Positions 59,157 through 64,000 of a stretch of DNA of 64,000 nucleotides are shown here, piece by piece (the first letter of the stretch is position 1; every line of letters starts with the position of its first letter). Source of the DNA: Phycisphaerae bacterium (GTDB taxonomy: Bacteria > Planctomycetota > Phycisphaerae > UBA1845). The DNA lies in the NCBI GenBank assembly GCA_963666835.2, contig CAXXGO010000006.1, forward strand, positions 128,001-192,000. The letters are read 5' to 3'. Position numbers and translations under genes: made by a program. Below the pieces are notes generated by a model that had not been told where the DNA came from, searched no databases, and was given only the letters and a program-made list of their open reading frames with translations.

Positions 59157-59278
59157 ACTTCGGTACACCAGCACAATACCCTAGTCAACTCCGCCGGGCC
59201 TGTCAATCCGTGCGGACAAGGACGTCGGAGCCATTTCGGCAGCGGTCTGCGGCGTGCTTTTCTCGGACTGCCGCCCCT

Positions 59279-59301
59279 GTAACGTAGGCATCCTGCCAGC
59301 A
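59279..59301. repeat. REP family B copy
   Basis: gtaacgtaggcatcctgccagca; compare 61501-61523, 9448-9470, 20234-20256. Confidence 0.65.
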
Positions 59302-59549
59302 AAACGCCGCCCGACGCGCAGTCCGGTAGGTCGGGCTCCGCCCGACGCGAGATTCCGCCTGTAGAGACAAACCGCCCCCCCCCGGGGAAGGTGTCTGGCA
59401 GAGCCCAACCTTCTTGGGGAGCGCTCCGCTGCCGGGGTGTGGGAGGGCGGGGCGACGCAGATTTGCCAAGTCCCCCAATCGCCGTTAGGTTGCGTGCCCT
59501 AGCAGAGCCCGCAGTTCTGCGGGCCGGACTCTAACGAAAGGTAGCCAAA

Positions 59550-60251
59550 ATGAACCGTCGCGTAGGCGTTATCGTGTTGACCGTGCCGTTCTTCGCTCTT
59601 TCCGGACTCGCTCGCGCGGAAGAGACTGTTGAGTCCATCGAGAAGAAGATCATCGCCAAGTGGGCCAAAGTTCCGTCGATGACGGCCAAGACCACGATGG
59701 ACATGACCATGCAGGGCATGTCGATGAAGTCGACGGGCACGATGGAGTACATGAAGAAAGGCGAAAAGGAGCTGTACCGGATAGAAATGACCATGTCGCA
59801 GAGCTTCGCCGGCCAGGAGATGAAGGGAGGCGCGTCCACCGTCTGTGAGGGAGACTACGTCTACGTCCTCACGGACATGATGGGTCAGAAGAACGCCATG
59901 AAACAGAAGGCCGAGGACTTCAAAGGCTCTCCGGGCGGCGAGCAGATGTTCAAGACTCTCAAGGAAACCAACGAGCTGAAGGTGCTGCCGGATGAGAAGG
60001 TGGATGGTCAAGCGGTTTACGTTCTTGAAGCGAAGCCCAAATCAGGCGGAATGCAGCAGATAGCCAAGACCAAGTTGTTCTTCGCAAAGGACACCGGGAT
60101 CCCCATTAAGACCCTTGGGCTTGGTCCGAATGACGAGGCCATAATGACCATGACGGTTACCGACATCAAGCTCGGTGCAAACGTCGATGCCGCCCGGTTC
60201 GTCTTCAAGGCTCCGGAGGGCGTGGAAGTCATAGACGTGCCCGAGTCCTAA
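59550..60251 (+). CDS. LolA-like periplasmic protein (lipoprotein carrier/sorting fold)
   Basis: Signal peptide ending ARA; beta-rich; C-terminal F.FKAPEGVEVID. Confidence 0.7.
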   Translation: MNRRVGVIVLTVPFFALSGLARAEETVESIEKKIIAKWAKVPSMTAKTTMDMTMQGMSMKSTGTMEYMKKGEKELYRIEMTMSQSFAGQEMKGGASTVCEGDYVYVLTDMMGQKNAMKQKAEDFKGSPGGEQMFKTLKETNELKVLPDEKVDGQAVYVLEAKPKSGGMQQIAKTKLFFAKDTGIPIKTLGLGPNDEAIMTMTVTDIKLGANVDAARFVFKAPEGVEVIDVPES

Positions 60252-60259
60252 CCGCCGCG

Positions 60260-61456
60260 ATGGCCCCGAATATTCGGGACATTCGACACAAGATCGAACA
60301 CGGTGAGCCGCTCACCGCCGCGGATGGGGTGTGCTTATACGAATCGGTCGACATCCACACCTTGGGTGAGCTGGCCAACGGATTGCGGGAGAGCATCAAC
60401 GGGCGCCGCGCCTATTACAACATCAACCGGCATATTAACTACACGAACTACTGCGTATTGCGCTGCCGGTTCTGCTCGTTCTATCGCCCGTTTCCGACGG
60501 CCCGGGTGAATAAGGTCGGTCCTACTCCCGACGGCTATGAGCTGTCGGTGGACGAGATCGTCGGCCGCGCGAGAACCGCGTACGCCGCCGGCGCGACGGA
60601 GATTCACGTGGTCGGGGGCTTGCACCCCCGGCTGCCGTTTTCCTATTACACGGACATGTGTACCGCGGTGCGGGAGGCGTGCCCGCACCTGCACATTAAG
60701 GCGTTCACCGCGATTGAGATAATCCACTTCGCCCGGATCGCCAAGCCGCGGTTGTCGGTCGAAGTGGTGCTGCGCCGATTGCAGGAGGCCGGGCTGGGCA
60801 GTCTGCCGGGGGGCGGGGCGGAGATCTTCGACGACCGGGTCCACGACGACGCGTTTAAAAACAAGGTCGGCGAGACCGAGTGGTTCGAGGTCCACCGGAT
60901 CGCGCATGATTTGGGCATCTACACGAACGCGACCATGTTGTACGGTCACATCGAGACCAAGGCCGAGCGAATCGAACATCTGATCAAGCTTCGCAAGCAC
61001 CAGTCCGAGAGCCTGCGCCGCGGCAACGCCGGTTTCAATTGTGTCGTTCCTCTGTCATTTATTCCGGAGAACACCGCCTTGGCGCACTTGCCGGGGCCGA
61101 GCGGGCTGGATGATCTGAAAACGCTGGCGATTACCCGGTTGATGTGCCCGAACATCCCGCACATCAAGGCGTTTTGGATCATGCAGACGCCCAAGCTCGC
61201 GCAGGTGTCGCTCAACTGGGGGGTGGATGATATGGACGGCACCGTCGTGCAATACGACATCACCAAGCGCGAGGGCGGCGGAACCGTCCATCAGGAGCTT
61301 TCCGTCGACCGGCTCAAACGGCTCATGGTCGAAGCCGGTTGCGAACCTGTGGAGCGTGATACGCTCTATCGCAATATAACTCGCGACGAAACCTGTTGGC
61401 GGGTGGAAGGGGAAGCCTGGTCGGTGCCGTACGACGCAACCGCCTTGTCCGGGTAG
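60260..61456 (+). CDS. mqnE: Aminofutalosine synthase MqnE (CofH-family radical SAM)
   Basis: NYTNYCVLRCRFC, HIKAFTAIEI, SLPGGGAEIF, TNATMLYGHIE, HIKAFW, DDMDGT. Confidence 0.85.
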   Translation: MAPNIRDIRHKIEHGEPLTAADGVCLYESVDIHTLGELANGLRESINGRRAYYNINRHINYTNYCVLRCRFCSFYRPFPTARVNKVGPTPDGYELSVDEIVGRARTAYAAGATEIHVVGGLHPRLPFSYYTDMCTAVREACPHLHIKAFTAIEIIHFARIAKPRLSVEVVLRRLQEAGLGSLPGGGAEIFDDRVHDDAFKNKVGETEWFEVHRIAHDLGIYTNATMLYGHIETKAERIEHLIKLRKHQSESLRRGNAGFNCVVPLSFIPENTALAHLPGPSGLDDLKTLAITRLMCPNIPHIKAFWIMQTPKLAQVSLNWGVDDMDGTVVQYDITKREGGGTVHQELSVDRLKRLMVEAGCEPVERDTLYRNITRDETCWRVEGEAWSVPYDATALSG

Positions 61457-61500
61457 CCCCGTAGCGCTGGCATCCCTCAGACAGCGCCGGCGTCCCCCAC

Positions 61501-61652
61501 GTAACGTAGGCATCCTGCCTGCAATACGCCGGATAACGTCGGCGACGTCGGAACGTCGGCATGCGTAGGGCACGGTCGAGGTACGAGACCTGCCGTAGTC
61601 CTGGCGCGATATGCGTTTTGATGGCAGGTCTCGTACCTCGACCATGCCCTAC
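61501..61652. repeat. REP family B (61501-61523) plus inverted family A pair (61565-61594, 61623-61652)
   Basis: gtagggcacggtcgaggtacgagacctgcc and ggcaggtctcgtacctcgaccatgccctac. Confidence 0.8.
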
Positions 61653-61717
61653 GGCCCTTACGCGAGGCACCCCCCGCCGAAAATAGGTGACTGTCCCTAA
61701 TTAAGAAGGTCGCCCGC

Positions 61718-63178
61718 CTAGGCGCTGCGGCGGGTGACGATCCGAGAGAGAACCACAAGCCCGGCCGTGATGACACCCTGGATCACCACGCCGCTCATCA
61801 GCCATGATGGGACCGGACCGGGCTGCCAGGCGGTGTAAAACACTCCCGCGGGAGAGCACGCCATAAGAAGAGAGTATTCCGATTGCGCGTAGTGGGTGGC
61901 GGCGAGGTCCGCGCGAAAGCAATCCACGAGGGGAGCGACTGCCCAGAGGGCGATCAAGAGGAGCGTCCCGATTGTCATCGGCCGCTTACTGATCGCGTTG
62001 AAGAGCCGATACACCGCCCACGCCGTGAGCATGGCCAATACGCACGCCACGAGACTGAGCACCTTTCCGGTCACAGTCGCGGCCATGAAACGCTCGTCTT
62101 TGAACAGCGCCGGCCCGATCAGACCTATGGCCAGACAGATGAGTGCGGCCGCAATCAGCGCAACCGTCAATGCCGGCACCCGATCGGACGGACCCCGCAC
62201 CGGGGAATCGGCGCAGGCTCGCGCCCGGCACACCACCGCACCGGCGATTGCGGGCAGCGCCAACAACAACGAGAAGGCCAACGTGGCGACCCACTGATTG
62301 CGGTGCCACGCGATCAAGTCCCATGAACTGGTGCGAAAACCGCCGCCCTTCACATCGACCGCAATGCCCGCGATTCCGAAACCCAGCCAGAACAGCAGCA
62401 GAACGAGCCCGCGCCAGGTGTTGAGGGCCGGCAAGTCCGGTCGACGGTACTTCACGGCCGCCACGTCCAGCCAAAACGCCGCCAACAGCAAGTTGATCGC
62501 GATCAACGCCCCGACCACCCCCGTAGAGGTGGATGCCGCGAGCTTCCCCGTAATCACCTGAAAGCCGGCCCCCATTGAATAAACGCAGGAAAGCACCCCA
62601 GCGGCCGGCAGCGGCGCAATGATGAACGAGAATACGCCGAAGCCGACCGCAAAGGGAACGAACGAAATCGGCGTCTTCTGCCGCAGTCCAGGGGGCAGCG
62701 ACATGGCCCAAAGTGTCACGGCGCCACTGAGCAAGAGCAGGTTCCCGAGGATCCAATCCGGAATCGGGTACTTGGCCAGGGCGGTCAGAACGCCGCCGCA
62801 GATCAAGTTGACGACGAACAGAACCAGGATCTGAAGATTCGGCCCGAACAGGTATCCCAGTACTATCCCGGCATTGGACATCGGGGTAAGTCGGTGCGAT
62901 TCAATCATCTTGCCTGTGTAATCGCGTGACATGGCTCGATAGACGGCGTTACACCCGCCCAACACGAGTACCAGGATTTGTACTCCGGCAATCCCGTTCA
63001 GGATGTAGCTTGCCACGCTGACGAGTGGTTCCGCCCACAACAGCCGCCTCACCCCGTACGACCCGAGGGCGATGAACGCTATGCAGATCGCCGCTACTAT
63101 CCCCGTGCGCCGCCATCCACCGAGCAGTTGGAACTGCACGCGCCAAAACGGGAGCGGGATCTGGAATCGTTCGCGCAT
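61718..63178 (-). CDS. Multi-pass membrane protein, probable ABC-2-type permease
   Basis: About 12 TM segments; LTPMS..IVLG motif; TGATG coupling to the upstream ATPase. Confidence 0.75.
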   Translation of the reverse strand: MRERFQIPLPFWRVQFQLLGGWRRTGIVAAICIAFIALGSYGVRRLLWAEPLVSVASYILNGIAGVQILVLVLGGCNAVYRAMSRDYTGKMIESHRLTPMSNAGIVLGYLFGPNLQILVLFVVNLICGGVLTALAKYPIPDWILGNLLLLSGAVTLWAMSLPPGLRQKTPISFVPFAVGFGVFSFIIAPLPAAGVLSCVYSMGAGFQVITGKLAASTSTGVVGALIAINLLLAAFWLDVAAVKYRRPDLPALNTWRGLVLLLFWLGFGIAGIAVDVKGGGFRTSSWDLIAWHRNQWVATLAFSLLLALPAIAGAVVCRARACADSPVRGPSDRVPALTVALIAAALICLAIGLIGPALFKDERFMAATVTGKVLSLVACVLAMLTAWAVYRLFNAISKRPMTIGTLLLIALWAVAPLVDCFRADLAATHYAQSEYSLLMACSPAGVFYTAWQPGPVPSWLMSGVVIQGVITAGLVVLSRIVTRRSA

Positions 63179-64000
63179 CAATCCACCTGCCTTATCCCGG
63201 AACGAAGGTAGGCCTCCTCCAGGCTGGCCTTGACCATAGTGAACGACAGCACCGGAACATCCGCGGTCAGCAACCGCCGGAGCAGGGCCGCGGCCTGGCG
63301 GTCGTCGGCATGGTAATCGAACGTATAGGTGCGGCCGTTTCGATCCAGGCTGCCGACCCCCTCGATCGCCTCTATAATCTCGGAATAGGGCCTTTCGTCG
63401 AGCGTAATTAACTGATACGTGCGACGCTGATCCTGATCGTGATGCAACGCGTCGGCCGCATCCCAACGCAGAATGCGCCCCTGCTCGATAATGGCGATGT
63501 GGCTGGAGATCTCCTCCAGGTCGGAAAGGATGTGCGAAGAGACGATCATCGCACAGCCCTGCTCGCGGAGCATGTTCAACACGCCGCGGATTTGGACCCG
63601 ACCGGCCGGGTCCAAGCCGACCAACGGCTCGTCCAGCAGAACCACGTGCGGTCGGGGCAGGAAGGTCCGCGCCAAAGTGACCCGCTGCCGCATCCCGCGC
63701 GACAGGTTCTTGATGAGCGTGTCGCGTTTGTCCGTCAGCCACAACTGTTCCAGCCAGAAGTCCATACGCTCGGCGGTTTCGGACCGGCTCAGTTCGTAGG
63801 CCCCGGCGATGAACTCCAGAAACTGGCGGATGGTGACGTCTTCGTAGGCCGGGGGGGAGTCCGGACCGAAGCCGATGTGGTGGCGGACCACCTCGTGCTC
63901 GCCCAGAACCGGCTTGCCCATGACCCGGGCCATTCCACGGGTGGGGATGTGCAGCCCGGCCAGCACCCGCAGCAACGTGGTTTTCCCCGCCCCGTTAGGA
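63178..64000 (-). CDS. ABC transporter ATP-binding protein (5' end outside window)
   Basis: PNGAGKTT, LSRGMRQR, VLLDEP, SSHIL. Confidence 0.9.
   Translation of the reverse strand, partial: PNGAGKTTLLRVLAGLHIPTRGMARVMGKPVLGEHEVVRHHIGFGPDSPPAYEDVTIRQFLEFIAGAYELSRSETAERMDFWLEQLWLTDKRDTLIKNLSRGMRQRVTLARTFLPRPHVVLLDEPLVGLDPAGRVQIRGVLNMLREQGCAMIVSSHILSDLEEISSHIAIIEQGRILRWDAADALHHDQDQRRTYQLITLDERPYSEIIEAIEGVGSLDRNGRTYTFDYHADDRQAAALLRRLLTADVPVLSFTMVKASLEEAYLRSGIRQVD

Noticed and set aside
61718..63742. 674-aa ORF as called in the track
   Set aside because: The first 188 codons overlap the ABC ATPase gene; the real start is ATG 63178

Overview
High-GC bacterial chromosomal segment, most likely Planctomycetota (Phycisphaerae-like). 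This is inferred from dockerin-like C-termini, a PEP-CTERM protein, a LEPR-XLL/DUF4347 giant protein and a TPR plus tandem RpoA-CTD protein. Most of the window holds housekeeping and envelope genes (ABC/MFP exporter, M20 dipeptidase, dapL-folK, YifB/ComM, nrdR, SpoIID, mqnE), large secreted repeat proteins and several REP-like repeat families. Three regions stand out. (1) An 11,693-bp phage-satellite-like element is integrated at tRNA-Gly(GCC) (about 47325-59130). It encodes a tyrosine integrase, AlpA, DUF669, an AEP primase, a DnaB-like helicase, a Nu1-like TerS next to a lambda-cosQ-like site, and a 14-repeat beta-propeller cargo, and it carries iteron-like repeats. Its att site lies inside the integrase frame, so excision would swap the TGA supplied by the tRNA gene for an in-frame 163-aa tail at the opposite end. 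(2) An export locus with no ABC ATPase: giant passenger, MFP, PilZ, GAF-MFP and S2P/M50-protease-MFP (33391-45973). (3) Two uncharged 26-aa WWWW membrane peptides in tandem that the ORF track did not call (30243-30562). All calls come from motif recognition by eye; no database searches were run.
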